Assembly (NCBI GenBank): GCA_002890585.1
Contig: MIQB01000003.1
Location: forward strand, 6,727 to 70,726
From: Tannerella sp. oral taxon 808
GTDB taxonomy: Bacteria; Bacteroidota; Bacteroidia; Bacteroidales; Tannerellaceae
Direction: 5' to 3'
Length of the DNA: 64,000 bases
Below, one piece after another: positions 1 through 9,917 of the stretch; position 1 is the stretch's first letter; each line of letters starts with the position of its first letter. The notes under the pieces were generated by a model. That model saw only the letters and a program-made list of their open reading frames with translations, was not told the DNA's origin and did no database searches. Both the position numbers and the translations under genes were made by a program.

Positions 1-968
1 CCGAGGCCTTCATGCGCCGCCGCTGTTATTACTTCGACAACGTCTTCTTCGACCTCCTCAAAGGCTTCCGGTTCGACCCCGCCGAGGTCTCCGTGGCGCA
101 AGAGGGCGGCCGATTAGACGTCGAAATCCGCGGCCTCTGGTATCGCACCGTCCTTTGGGAAGTCCCCCTCATGTCGATGATCTCCGAGCTGTATTACCGC
201 ATGACGGACGCCAAACCCTCGGCCGACGCCGAGGATCGCGCCCGCCAAAAAGCCCGCCGCTTCGAGGAGCTTGGCGCCGAGCTGTCAGAGTTTGGCACCC
301 GCCGCCGCTTCTCCTTCGATGTGCAAGAGATGGTCATCAGCGTCCTCAAGGAATGTATGCCGCGCGTGCTCAACGGCACGTCAAACATCTACCTCGCCAT
401 GCGCCACGGCCTCGTCCCCATGGGCACCCACCCGCACGAATGGTTCATGTACCACGGCGCCCACTACGGCTATCGCTCGGCCAACGCGCTGGCGATGGAG
501 AACTGGGTCGACGTCTACGATGGCTACCTCGGCATCGTCCTGACCGACACCTTCACCACGACCGACTTCTTCAAGAGCTTCTCCACCAAGTACGCCAAGC
601 TCTTCGACGGCCTGCGCTGCGACAGCGGCGACCCCTTCGAGTTCACCGAGCGCGCCCTCCGATACTACAAGCTGCACCGCATCGACGCCAAGAAGAAGAC
701 CGTGGTCTACACCGACAGCCTCGACATGGACATGATCGCCCGCATCAAGCGCCACGTGGCCGGCCGCCTGCACGACGTCTACGGCGTGGGCACCTCGCTC
801 ACGAACGACGTCGGCGTGCAGCCCCTCAACATCGTCATCAAGCTCTTCGAGGTCAAGCCCAAGGGCGCCCCCGACTTCCTGCCCGTCGTCAAGCTCTCCG
901 ACTCCCCCGGCAAGCACACCGGCGACCCGGCCGAGATCGACCTCTGCAAGCGCATGCTGAGATTCTGA
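1..968 (+). CDS. pncB: Nicotinate phosphoribosyltransferase, 5'-truncated at the window edge (about 80 N-terminal residues missing)
   Basis: The translation aligns with the PncB core: FRFDPAEVSV...LWEVPLMSMISE...FGTRRRFS...LNIVIKL...KLSDSPGKHTGD. The frame is open back to position 1. Confidence 0.85.
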   Translation, partial: EAFMRRRCYYFDNVFFDLLKGFRFDPAEVSVAQEGGRLDVEIRGLWYRTVLWEVPLMSMISELYYRMTDAKPSADAEDRARQKARRFEELGAELSEFGTRRRFSFDVQEMVISVLKECMPRVLNGTSNIYLAMRHGLVPMGTHPHEWFMYHGAHYGYRSANALAMENWVDVYDGYLGIVLTDTFTTTDFFKSFSTKYAKLFDGLRCDSGDPFEFTERALRYYKLHRIDAKKKTVVYTDSLDMDMIARIKRHVAGRLHDVYGVGTSLTNDVGVQPLNIVIKLFEVKPKGAPDFLPVVKLSDSPGKHTGDPAEIDLCKRMLRF

Positions 969-1008
969 CCAGATGCGCGCTGCGGACTCTGAAAGGCCTC
1001 CTGTAACG

Positions 1009-1215
1009 ACTGATTTTTGCTGGTGCATGAGTGATTTTTGCTCATGCGCCAGCTTTTTTTGCTCACACGCGAGCTTTTTTTGCTCGAGCGCGAGTGATTT
1101 TTACTCGTCCACGAGCTTTTTTTACTCACACACCAGCTTTTTTTACTCGAGCACGAGCTTTTTTTACTCGCGTGCGAGTGATTTTTACTCGTCTATGAGC
1201 AAAAAAAGCTCGTCC
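1009..1215. repeat. T-rich tandem direct repeat array with units of about 21-24 bp (gagctttttttgctca / gagtgatttttactcg variants)
   Basis: Periodic repeats are visible in the sequence. The array ends with the inverted pair gagcaaaaaaagctc. Confidence 0.8.
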
Positions 1216-1297
1216 GTCGGAGCCCCATTTCGGTTCACCACCCCCGGATTTTACCGCGAGACGTCCCGAACCTCTCCGGAGAGGTTCCAAACCTCTT

Positions 1298-1466
1298 CTG
1301 ACACGTTTCCGACCTCTCGGGATACGTTTCCGACCTCTTCTGATACGTTTTTTACCTCTCGGGACACGTTTCCGACCTCTTCTGACACGCTTTTTACTTC
1401 TCGGGACACATTTCGGACCTCTCCCGATACGTTTTCAACCTCTCCCGATACGTTTTCAACCTCAAA
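1298..1466. repeat. 21-bp tandem repeat, 8 copies (gacacgtttccgacctctcgg / gatacgtttccgacctcttct variants)
   Basis: The 21-nt periodicity is exact. The long ORF 973..1488 is only these repeats read in frame. Confidence 0.85.
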
Positions 1467-1484
1467 CCCCATTTTCCCGCTAAT

Positions 1485-2027
1485 ATGATCGTAGCCGAAC
1501 AGAAAAGACGAGACAACATCGTCGAGTACCTATTATATATGTGGCAGGTGGAAGACCTGATCCGCGCCAACGCGCTTGACAGCGACCGCATCCGCCGCAT
1601 ACTCGTCTCGCGTTACGATGTTCCCGACGCCGAGCGCGAACGCATCGCCCAGTGGTATGACGATTTGGCAGCCATGATGCGCAGCGAAGGCGTCGCCGAA
1701 CACGGCCACCTACAGATCAACCGCAACATCGTCATCGCCCTAACCGACCTTCACCTCGCCCTCCTGAACGACCCCCACGAGACCACCTACAGCGCCCTCT
1801 ACTACAAGGTGCTCCCCTCCATCGTCCGCCTCCGCGCCAAGTCCGGAGGTGCCGAAATGTCAGAGCTCGAAACCTGCCTCACCGCCCTCTACGGCTACCT
1901 CCTCCTCCGCCTCCAGGGATCACCCGTCAGCCCCGAGACCCTCGAATCCATCCGCGACATCCACCTCATGCTGACATTCCTGGCAGAGAAATACAAGGAG
2001 GAACAAGCCCCCCTCCATCCTAATTAA
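1485..2027 (+). CDS. Conserved Bacteroidetes hypothetical protein (DUF4924-like)
   Basis: A 180-aa ORF with good coding potential and no antisense competitor. It resembles a family I recall lying next to rfbD in Bacteroides. The family assignment is from memory. Confidence 0.5.
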   Translation: MIVAEQKRRDNIVEYLLYMWQVEDLIRANALDSDRIRRILVSRYDVPDAERERIAQWYDDLAAMMRSEGVAEHGHLQINRNIVIALTDLHLALLNDPHETTYSALYYKVLPSIVRLRAKSGGAEMSELETCLTALYGYLLLRLQGSPVSPETLESIRDIHLMLTFLAEKYKEEQAPLHPN

Positions 2028-2051
2028 TCATTAATAATTAACCATTACCCC

Positions 2052-2924
2052 ATGACCTCCCCCGTATTCGTCACCGGCTCCCGCGGCCAATTGGGCGACG
2101 CCATCCGCCGCCGCATAGACCGCTTCCCCGCCTACACCTTCACCCTGACCGACATCGACGAACTCGACCTCTGCGACAAAAAGGCCGTCCTCGACTTCGT
2201 CCGCCGTGGCCGCTACGCCTACATTATCAATTGCGCCGCCTACACCGCCGTCGATCGCGCCGAGAGCGACGCCGAGAGCTGCATGCGTATCAATCGCGAT
2301 GCCGTCGGCCATCTCGCCACAGCCGCCCGTGAAGTCAGCGCTCGCATCATCCACATCTCCACCGACTACGTCTTCGACGGCCGCGCCACCCGCCCCTACC
2401 GCGAGGACGACCCCACGTCGCCTACATCCGTCTACGGCCGCACCAAGCTCGCCGGCGAGCAAATCCTGCTCAGGGAGCTCCCCACCGATGCCGTCATCCT
2501 CCGCACCGCCTGGCTCTACTCCGAAGTGGGCAACAACTTCGTCAAGACCATGCTCCGCCTCGGCGCCGAGCGCCCCGAGATCCGCGTCGTGAACGACCAA
2601 CTCGGCTCGCCCACCTACGCCGGCGACCTGGCCGAGGCCGTCCTCCGCGTCCTCACCGCGCCCACCTTCCACCCCGGCATCTATCACTACACCGACGACG
2701 GCGTATGCAGCTGGTACGACTTCGCCCGCCACATCCTCCGCGTCGCCCACCCCACGTGCATCATCCGCCCCATCCCCACCGCGGACTATCCCACACCCGC
2801 CGCCCGCCCCGCCTACAGCGTCCTCGACAAGACCCGGATCCGCCAGGCGTACGGCGTCTCCATCCCCCGTTGGCAAGACAGCCTCGACCGCTGCCTCCAG
2901 CATCTGCTTTCAAACAATCAATAG
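2052..2924 (+). CDS. rfbD: dTDP-4-dehydrorhamnose reductase
   Basis: N-terminal VFVTGSRGQLG Rossmann motif, NCAAYTAVDRAE, STDYVFDG and the YxxxK-type catalytic region YGRTKLAGE. Confidence 0.85.
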   Translation: MTSPVFVTGSRGQLGDAIRRRIDRFPAYTFTLTDIDELDLCDKKAVLDFVRRGRYAYIINCAAYTAVDRAESDAESCMRINRDAVGHLATAAREVSARIIHISTDYVFDGRATRPYREDDPTSPTSVYGRTKLAGEQILLRELPTDAVILRTAWLYSEVGNNFVKTMLRLGAERPEIRVVNDQLGSPTYAGDLAEAVLRVLTAPTFHPGIYHYTDDGVCSWYDFARHILRVAHPTCIIRPIPTADYPTPAARPAYSVLDKTRIRQAYGVSIPRWQDSLDRCLQHLLSNNQ

Positions 2925-2939
2925 AATAAATAAGGTATC

Positions 2940-3125
2940 CGGCCAACTTGGCTGGCGTCCCTTTTCAATCCAACATGTACCCGGCCAGCTTGGCTGGCGT
3001 CCCTGACGCCTTGATCTTCTTTTGCTTCTTTTCTTCCATCAAGGGAAGAAAAGAAGACATCAAGGGAAGAAAAGAAGATAGAAGCCCGGCCGGATCGCCC
3101 GATCATCCAAATAATCATCCCCAAT
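2940..3125. repeat. Structured intergenic region containing two direct copies of a ccggcca(a/g)cttggctggcgtccc hairpin and a hairpin/direct-repeat block built on aagggaagaaaagaaga
   Basis: Inverted and direct repeats are seen directly. The region lies upstream of prfC. Confidence 0.5.
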
Positions 3126-3183
3126 GGGCGAACACTTGAGGTTCACCCCTACTCGTAACTTGTAACCTGTCACTCGTAACTCA

Positions 3184-4761
3184 ATGACCCTCCAAGACGA
3201 AATCCATCGCCGCCGCACCTTCGCCATCATCAGCCACCCCGACGCCGGCAAGACCACCCTGACCGAGAAGCTCCTCCTCTTCGGCGGCGCCATCCACGTA
3301 GCCGGCGCCGTCAAGTCGCACAAGATCCGCCGCACCGCCACCTCCGACTGGATGGAGATCGAGAAGCAACGCGGCATCTCCGTGGCCACCTCCGCCATGG
3401 CCTTCGATTATGAAGGCTACAAGATCAACATCCTCGACACCCCCGGCCACCAAGACTTCGCCGAAGACACATATCGCACCCTCACCGCCGTCGACAGCGT
3501 CATCATCGTCATCGATGCCGCCAAAGGTGTCGAGACACAGACCCGCAAACTGATGGAAGTCTGCCGCATGCGCAAGACGCCCGTCATCGTCTTCGTCAAC
3601 AAGATGGATCGCGAAGGCAAAGCCCCCTTCGACCTCCTCGACGAGATCGAGAGCGAACTCCGCATCACCGTCCGCCCCTTAAGCTGGCCCATCGAAATGG
3701 GCGACCGCTTCAAAGGCGTCTACAACCTCTACGAGCGCCGCCTCGACCTCTACCGCCCCGACAAGCAGGTGGTCACCGAGAGCGTAGCCTTCAGCAACCT
3801 CACCGACCCCGACCTCGAGCGCCGCATCGGCGAATCGCCCGCTGCCCAGCTCCGCGAAGACATCGAGCTGATCGAGGGCGTCTACCCAGCCTTCGATCCC
3901 GCCACCTACCTCCGTGGCGACGTCGCCCCGGTCTTCTTCGGCTCCGCGCTGAACAACTTCGGCGTCCGCGAGCTCCTCAACTGCTTCGTCCGCATCGCCC
4001 CGCCGCCGCAACCCGTGCAAGCCGTCGAGCGACTCGTCCAGCCTGAGGAGCCAGCCTTCACTGGCTTCGTCTTCAAGATTCACGCAAACATGGATCCCAA
4101 CCATCGCAGCTGCATTGCCTTCGTCAAGGTCTGCTCCGGCCGCTTCGAGCGCAACGCCAACTATCGCCACGTGCGCCTCGACAAGATGATGCGCTTCAGC
4201 AGCCCCACGGCCTTCATGGCCCAGAAGAAGGAGGTCGTCGACGAGGCCTTTGCCGGCGATATTGTCGGCCTGCCCGACACAGGCAACTTCAAAATCGGCG
4301 ACAGCCTGACCGAGGGCGAGGTGCTTCACTTCAAAGGCCTTCCGCGATTCTCGCCCGAGCTCTTCAAGTACATCGAGAACGCCGATCCCATGCGCGCCAA
4401 GCAGCTCAGCAAAGGCATCGAGCAGTTGATGGACGAGGGCGTGGCGCAGCTCTTCACCAACCGCTTCAATGGCCGCAAGATCATCGGCGCCGTCGGCCAG
4501 TTGCAGTTCGAAGTCATTCAGTATCGCCTCCTCCACGAGTACGGCGCGCAGTGTCGTTGGGATCCGCTCCACCTCTACAAAGCCTGCTGGATCGATAGCG
4601 ACGACCCGTCTGCCCTCGAGAGCTTCATGCGCCGCAAAGCCCAATACATGGCCTCCGACCACGAGGGCCGCGACGTCTACTTAGCCGATTCGGCTTACGT
4701 CCTCACCATGGCGCAGCAGGACTTCCCTGATGTGCGCTTCCACTTCACCTCCGAGTTCTGA
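3184..4761 (+). CDS. prfC: Peptide chain release factor 3 (GTPase)
   Basis: [23 protein letters not shown]1 motif, [14 protein letters not shown], and length and architecture typical of RF3. Confidence 0.9.
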   Translation: MTLQDEIHRRRTFAIISHPDAGKTTLTEKLLLFGGAIHVAGAVKSHKIRRTATSDWMEIEKQRGISVATSAMAFDYEGYKINILDTPGHQDFAEDTYRTLTAVDSVIIVIDAAKGVETQTRKLMEVCRMRKTPVIVFVNKMDREGKAPFDLLDEIESELRITVRPLSWPIEMGDRFKGVYNLYERRLDLYRPDKQVVTESVAFSNLTDPDLERRIGESPAAQLREDIELIEGVYPAFDPATYLRGDVAPVFFGSALNNFGVRELLNCFVRIAPPPQPVQAVERLVQPEEPAFTGFVFKIHANMDPNHRSCIAFVKVCSGRFERNANYRHVRLDKMMRFSSPTAFMAQKKEVVDEAFAGDIVGLPDTGNFKIGDSLTEGEVLHFKGLPRFSPELFKYIENADPMRAKQLSKGIEQLMDEGVAQLFTNRFNGRKIIGAVGQLQFEVIQYRLLHEYGAQCRWDPLHLYKACWIDSDDPSALESFMRRKAQYMASDHEGRDVYLADSAYVLTMAQQDFPDVRFHFTSEF

Positions 4762-4935
4762 TCGACCCGTCCCTCCTTCACCATCGGGTAACAAAAAAGG
4801 ATCTGCGAATCAGGCGCGCGCCTGTTCACAGATCCCTTACACAAAAACAGCGGAAGGATTTACCCCTCCGCTGTCTTCTCGATAACCACTTTTACAATCA
4901 TGACCCCACTCCGAAAGGAAGGGGGAATACCATTC

Positions 4936-5094
4936 TCAATTTTTCTCACTGTTTGCCAGCTGCTCTTGCATCTTCCGGATCTGGGAATTCAAGCGCTGAC
5001 TCATAAATCCATTGCCTGCGAGGCGATACTTATCGGCCTGGTATTGCAACATGGCCAATTCACGTAAGTTCTGTTTGCTTGCAATCATTCTCAT
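4936..5094 (-). CDS. Possible small protein (52 aa, MRMIASKQNLRELAMLQYQADKYRL...), below the ORF-track length cutoff
   Basis: ATG-to-TGA ORF found by manual translation of the minus strand in the prfC-to-next-gene spacer. The composition is coiled-coil-like. Support is weak. Confidence 0.25.
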   Translation of the reverse strand: MRMIASKQNLRELAMLQYQADKYRLAGNGFMSQRLNSQIRKMQEQLANSEKN

Positions 5095-5306
5095 AATCTT
5101 ATCCTTTCAAATATCGCCCGCAAAGATAGAGGCGCTGTCCAAAAAACATGTTGTACAACATGCTTTTAAGGCGAAAACGGTGCGTTTTTAACAAAATACA
5201 GCCCTCTTCGGGGCGTTGTGTAACATATTCATACAAAAACCACCTGCGCAAAGCATCCTCTCGATCGATTGCATTAAGAGGGGGCTATCGAGGTAGATCA
5301 AACGAC

Positions 5307-6803
5307 ATGAAGTACATCCTTTTTCTCGCCGTGGCCTGTCTATCGCTTATGGGCGCACACGCCGCCATGCCGACAGACAGCACCCTGACTGTGAACCAAC
5401 TGCCGACGGACTCCCTGGCCCGTGACGCGTTCGTCGCCGAGTGCCATCCACGATCCGTCACGGCCGCCGCTGAGGTGGTGGGCCTCAATCTGGCTGTGTG
5501 GAGCTTCAACCGCTTCGTGACAAACGAGGACTTCGCGCGCATCAATGCCCACACCATCCGCACGAACCTCCGCAGCCTGCCCGTATGGGATACGGATCAG
5601 TTCGTGACCAACCTCCTCGCGCACCCCTATCACGGCTCGCTCTACTTCAACGCCGCGCGCGCCTCGGGTCACACCTTCTGGCAGTCCGTGCCGTACACCT
5701 TTGGTGGCAGCCTGATGTGGGAGTATTTCATGGAGAATGAGCTGCCCTCGGCCAACGATCTGCTCTGTACCACCCTCGGTGGCATCGAACTGGGCGAGAT
5801 CACCTTCCGCCTCTCCGACCTGATCATCGACGATCGCCTGAGCGGTTTCCCGCGCGTGGTGCGTGAGGTGGCCGGCGGACTCGCTTCGCCCATGCGCGGC
5901 CTGAATCGCCTGTTGACGGGCGAAGCCTGGCGTGTGCGCGCCACGCGGGGGCAGCTCTTCACGCACGGGCCTGTTAGGCTATCGCTTTACGGTGGGCCGC
6001 GCTTTCTGGCTGAGGAGCGGCGCTCGCGCAACGGCGAGGTGAGCCTCAACTTGGGCTTCCGCCTCACTTACGGCGAGCTTTTTGGCGACGACTACTATTC
6101 GCCCTACGAGTACTTCCGCATCCACGCCTCCTTCGACCTCCTGTCGCATCAGCCCGTCATCTCGCGCGTGAACGCCATCGCCGCACTTTGGGGGCGTGAA
6201 GTCTGGCAGTCAGGTGCCCGCACCCTCTCCGTCGGCGTTTTCCAGCATTTTGATTACTACAACTCGCAGATCCGCTCGCGTACCGGCCGCCTCGTGGCGC
6301 CCTATCGCATTGGTGAGGCGGCAGCCCTTGGTGGCGGGCTCATCTACCTCAGGCGCGCCATCCCCGGCCATCACTTCGACATCCGCCACGAGTTTTACGT
6401 CAACGGCATCGCCCTCGGGGCCAGCCTGAGCGACTATTTCCACGTCGATAACCGCGACTATAATCTGGGCAGCGGCTACAGCATTAAAACATACACTGGA
6501 CTGATATTTCGGAAGTGCTGGGGGTTAGGCCTCCAACTCGAACGATACCACATCTTCACGTGGAAGGGCTACGACCCTGCGGTGGATCTCTCCACCGTCG
6601 ACTATCACCGCCTCAATGTGCAGGGCGACGCGGGCAATGCGCTGTTGGGTGTCTTCACTTCATGCCTCTCTTACCACGCACAGCAGGGATGGAATCTTGG
6701 TTTGGCGCACAATCTCTACTCCCGCCGCACGAACTATCGCTATCACCCAAACGTGGAGTATGCTACGTCCGATGTCCTTCTAACGGCCGGTTACACCTTC
6801 TAA
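5307..6803 (+). CDS. Secreted / outer-membrane hypothetical protein (possibly DUF3943-like)
   Basis: An internal ATG at 5307 gives a signal peptide, MKYILFLAVACLSLMGAHA. The C-terminus ends ...LLTAGYTF with an aromatic terminal residue typical of OM beta-barrel proteins. The ORF upstream of 5307 lacks coding character. Confidence 0.5.
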   Translation: MKYILFLAVACLSLMGAHAAMPTDSTLTVNQLPTDSLARDAFVAECHPRSVTAAAEVVGLNLAVWSFNRFVTNEDFARINAHTIRTNLRSLPVWDTDQFVTNLLAHPYHGSLYFNAARASGHTFWQSVPYTFGGSLMWEYFMENELPSANDLLCTTLGGIELGEITFRLSDLIIDDRLSGFPRVVREVAGGLASPMRGLNRLLTGEAWRVRATRGQLFTHGPVRLSLYGGPRFLAEERRSRNGEVSLNLGFRLTYGELFGDDYYSPYEYFRIHASFDLLSHQPVISRVNAIAALWGREVWQSGARTLSVGVFQHFDYYNSQIRSRTGRLVAPYRIGEAAALGGGLIYLRRAIPGHHFDIRHEFYVNGIALGASLSDYFHVDNRDYNLGSGYSIKTYTGLIFRKCWGLGLQLERYHIFTWKGYDPAVDLSTVDYHRLNVQGDAGNALLGVFTSCLSYHAQQGWNLGLAHNLYSRRTNYRYHPNVEYATSDVLLTAGYTF

Positions 6804-6835
6804 CGGCTCTGTGCAAACAGCCCCCTGACGCTCAA

Positions 6836-7125
6836 CAGGCATGCTTTGCGTCACCCACAACGCATGCTTTGCGTCACCCACAACGCATGCTTTGCGTCAC
6901 TCACAACGCATGCTTTGCGTCACTCACAACGCAGGCTTTGTGTCACTCACAACGCCTGCTTTGTGTCACCCACAACCCAGGCTTAGTGTCATCTCTTAAG
7001 CAGGCTTAAGAACACCTCTTAAGCAGGCTTAGCGACACCTCTTAAGCAGGCTTAGTGTCATCTCTTAAGCAGGCTTAGCGACACTTCTTAAGCAGGCTTA
7101 AGAGCACCTCTTAAGTAGGCTTAGT
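6836..7125. repeat. Two adjacent 24-bp tandem arrays: cacaacgcatgctttgcgtcac(c/t)ca, about 6 copies, then ctcttaagcaggcttagcgacac, about 6 copies
   Basis: Exact periodicity. The first unit family shares the core aacgc(c/a)tgctttgtg with the array at 22262..22430. Confidence 0.85.
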
Positions 7126-7294
7126 CTATGAGCGCCATTAGGAAGGGTGTCTTCCCCGGTGCGGGGAATGAATTGCTTACATCGAACTCACGTTAGATAA
7201 AACAGCTTTTATAGCGCTCATATTTCCGGATCAGCACCCCCTCTGACGGGGCAGGCAGGCTGAAAACATGAACCAGTGTAAAAGTTCGATATGG

Positions 7295-7525
7295 GATTTG
7301 TAAAACAGCACCTATTTTTGCCTCCGTTTCGGTGATGCAGCGATCGGCGTCCGCCGCACTGCATGAAAAGGGAATCCGGTGTAAGTCTGGAACAGTGCCC
7401 GCTACTGTAACACCCGAGAAGGAAAGCCCATCCACACCGGCCACTGAGCCTCCACCGGAGGCGTTGGGAAGGCCGCTTTCCAGCGACACATAGTCGCAAG
7501 GGGTGAAGTCAGGAAACCTGCCGAA
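7295..7525 (+). ncRNA. Cobalamin (AdoCbl) riboswitch
   Basis: Conserved core aaaagggaatccggtgtaagtctggaacagtgcccgctactgtaacac...gccactg...ggaaggccg, with a B12-box-like element. It sits immediately upstream of a TonB-dependent receptor. Confidence 0.65.
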
Positions 7526-7605
7526 AACATATTTCCACACATAGCACGCACGCCCCGGGGTCAGGGCGGCGAAGAGATCTAACGATGGCTATATATATAT
7601 ATCGT

Positions 7606-9780
7606 ATGAATAAAAAATACTTAGGAATGATCCTCGCATGGTTGTGCGGGGCAATGACGCTGAGCGCGCAAACAGGCGTAAGCGGACGCGTGGTGAATGC
7701 TGAAACAAACGAGCCGGTGGTGGGCGCGAACATCCGCGTAGACCACAGTCTGACGGGCAGCGTAACGAACACAAAGGGCGAATTTTCGATCGGCAACCTG
7801 CCGGAAGGCACGCATACGCTGAACGTGTCGCACCTGAATTATACAACCGAGGCGCGCGAGGTCAAGACGGGTGAAACGGACGTCGTGATCCGTCTGCGTG
7901 AGAGCGCGATACAGCTCGGGCAGGTGGTGGTGACGGGCACCGGGACACACCACCTGATGAAGAACAGCCCCGTGCCAGTCAGCGTGATTACAGCACGCGA
8001 ACTGAGCAACGCGGGCATCACAACGCTCGACGAGGCACTGCAAAAGCTCACTCCCTCCTTCTCCAACATGACCAACGGCATGGGTACGGTGCTCAGCCTG
8101 AATGGGCTGCCGGAGAAGTACTTCGTCTTCCTCGAAAACGGCCGACGGATGGGGGGCGACGACACGTACGACCGCATCGACGTCTCGCGCATCAAGCGCA
8201 TCGAAATACTCAGCGGCGCTTCCTCGGCGCTCTACGGAACGAACGCCGTGGGCGGGGTGGTGAACATCATCACAAACGATGTGAAGCACGCCGTCAACGT
8301 CTCCTCCGACACGCGCTACACCTCGCACGGGCGCTTCACGCAAGCCATCACGGCTGGCATCAACACAGGGCGCTTCGGCTCCTACACATCCTATCGGCGG
8401 CGACAAGCAGAGAGCTGGCAGCTGAGCCCGTATGAGCGAAACAAGAAGGACAGCCTTGTGGAGACACGCAAGGTGGCCTCGGCCGGTTTCCAATCAGACA
8501 ACGTCAGCCAGCGCTTCACCTACGACGCCACCGACCGCCTCTCCTTCCGGCTTGGCGGCGGATACTACCGTAACATCACACGCCGCCCCCGCGAAGCCTA
8601 CGATTACGACCTGCAACACCGCACCTACTCCTGGGGCGCGGGAGTGAAATACCTCATCACCCCCGACGCCTACATCACGGCCGATTATCAGGCCGACTTC
8701 TTCTCGTCGCGCTACAACTTCCTTAAAGACAGTAAGACGTACAAGATGAAGGCCGACGACGAGCTGGTGCGTAAACGCACGCGCAACCAGCAAGTAAACG
8801 TGAAGGGCATCTTCAATGTGGACAGTTATAACAAGCTGTCGGTCGGGGTGGAATACTTAGCAGACATGCTCAGCAGTCAGTCAGAGCACATCAGCCACAA
8901 GACGGCCTACACAGCGGCGATCTTTGCGCAAGACGAGATCACGATCACGCGCCGCTTCCGCGCCTTGGCCGGGGTACGATACCTCTACCATGAAAATTTC
9001 AAGAACTACGTCACGCCCAACGTCGCGCTCATGTACGGCCAAGGCGGACTGAACCTCCGCGCCTCCTACGCCGCCGGATTCCGTGCTCCGACACTCTCGG
9101 AGCTCTACGCCTCGGAGACCACCAAGTCAGTTGACCGCATCGTCATTGGCAACCTCAACCTCAAGCCGGAGAAAAGCGACTATGTCGCGTTCAATGCCGA
9201 GTATACCCACAGCCGATTCACCGTCAGCGCGAATGTGTTCTACAACCATATCCGCGACATGATCGACTACCGCACCATCGCTACAGGTGCGGAGGCGAAA
9301 CGGAAGTACGGACACGAAGAGGTGCGTCAACGCGACAACGTCTACAAGGCCGACGTGCGCGGCATCAACCTCTCCGCTCAAGTCTACCTCGGTGCCGGCT
9401 TCCGCCTCGGTGCAGGCTATACCCACCTTGACACGAAGGATGGCGAGACGCATCGCCCCATCGATAAAAGCCTCCGCAACGCCGCCAATGTCAATGCGCA
9501 ATGGACACGCACCTGGGGCGCCTACACGATGTACGTCAACTTGAACGGCCGCATCAATAGCGAGCGCTTCTCGAAGACGTACGGTTACGCACCCGCTTAC
9601 CAGCTCTGGGATCTGAACACGCGCCACACCTTCACCCTCCGCTCCCTCATCCTCGAGCCGGGCGTAGGCGTAGAGAACCTCTTCAATTACACCGACGACA
9701 GGCCGTACAACTTCAACTACGCCACGCTGACGCCCGGCCGTTCGGTATACATCAGCTTATCTGTGAAATTCAAGGGATGA
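7606..9780 (+). CDS. TonB-dependent receptor with an N-terminal carboxypeptidase-regulatory-like domain (riboswitch-controlled, likely corrinoid uptake)
   Basis: Signal peptide MNKKYLGMILAWLCGAMTLSAQ, then the plug domain motifs IEILSGASSALYG and NAVGGVVNIIT, then a long barrel ending ...SVKFKG. The start was moved to the internal ATG at 7606. Confidence 0.85.
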   Translation: MNKKYLGMILAWLCGAMTLSAQTGVSGRVVNAETNEPVVGANIRVDHSLTGSVTNTKGEFSIGNLPEGTHTLNVSHLNYTTEAREVKTGETDVVIRLRESAIQLGQVVVTGTGTHHLMKNSPVPVSVITARELSNAGITTLDEALQKLTPSFSNMTNGMGTVLSLNGLPEKYFVFLENGRRMGGDDTYDRIDVSRIKRIEILSGASSALYGTNAVGGVVNIITNDVKHAVNVSSDTRYTSHGRFTQAITAGINTGRFGSYTSYRRRQAESWQLSPYERNKKDSLVETRKVASAGFQSDNVSQRFTYDATDRLSFRLGGGYYRNITRRPREAYDYDLQHRTYSWGAGVKYLITPDAYITADYQADFFSSRYNFLKDSKTYKMKADDELVRKRTRNQQVNVKGIFNVDSYNKLSVGVEYLADMLSSQSEHISHKTAYTAAIFAQDEITITRRFRALAGVRYLYHENFKNYVTPNVALMYGQGGLNLRASYAAGFRAPTLSELYASETTKSVDRIVIGNLNLKPEKSDYVAFNAEYTHSRFTVSANVFYNHIRDMIDYRTIATGAEAKRKYGHEEVRQRDNVYKADVRGINLSAQVYLGAGFRLGAGYTHLDTKDGETHRPIDKSLRNAANVNAQWTRTWGAYTMYVNLNGRINSERFSKTYGYAPAYQLWDLNTRHTFTLRSLILEPGVGVENLFNYTDDRPYNFNYATLTPGRSVYISLSVKFKG

Positions 9781-9917
9781 GACGGAGACGTTTACATCGC
9801 AACGCATCTGCTGCGTTGCCTTCGGCACTTGGCGTTCGGTCATGTGCTTCAGCACACTCCCTCCACTTCGGCCTCGGACGCCTTGCAGCTGCATCACGCT
9901 GCAAAGTCTCCGGCCGC

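Noticed and set aside
973..1488. 171-aa ORF rich in Cys/Ser/Phe and Thr/Ser/Asp repeats (CSCASFFCSHASFF... / TSRDTFPTSSDTF...)
   Set aside because: It is exactly the two tandem DNA arrays read in frame. The 21-bp period keeps the frame open, it has no RBS context, and the downstream real gene starts inside it.
381..4662. Long antisense or overlapping ORFs inside pncB, rfbD and prfC (for example 381..1028 -, 2031..2903 -, 3679..4662 -, 155..1006 +), rich in Gly/Ala/Arg/Pro
   Set aside because: These are typical high-GC shadow ORFs. The sense genes have strong homology and the antisense products are low-complexity.
6515..7009. ORFs running through the 24-bp arrays (6515..7009 +, 22092..22723 -) giving Cys/His/Thr/Gln-rich repeat proteins
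   Set aside because: They arise from the repeat periodicity. The arrays directly abut the stop codons of real genes, and several frames are open at once.
9777..9917. Upstream extension of the second TonB-dependent receptor (MRRRRLHRNASAALPSALG...)
   Set aside because: The extension is Arg/Ala-rich and has no signal-peptide character. The internal Met at 9918 gives a canonical signal peptide. The region may be leader or attenuator sequence instead.
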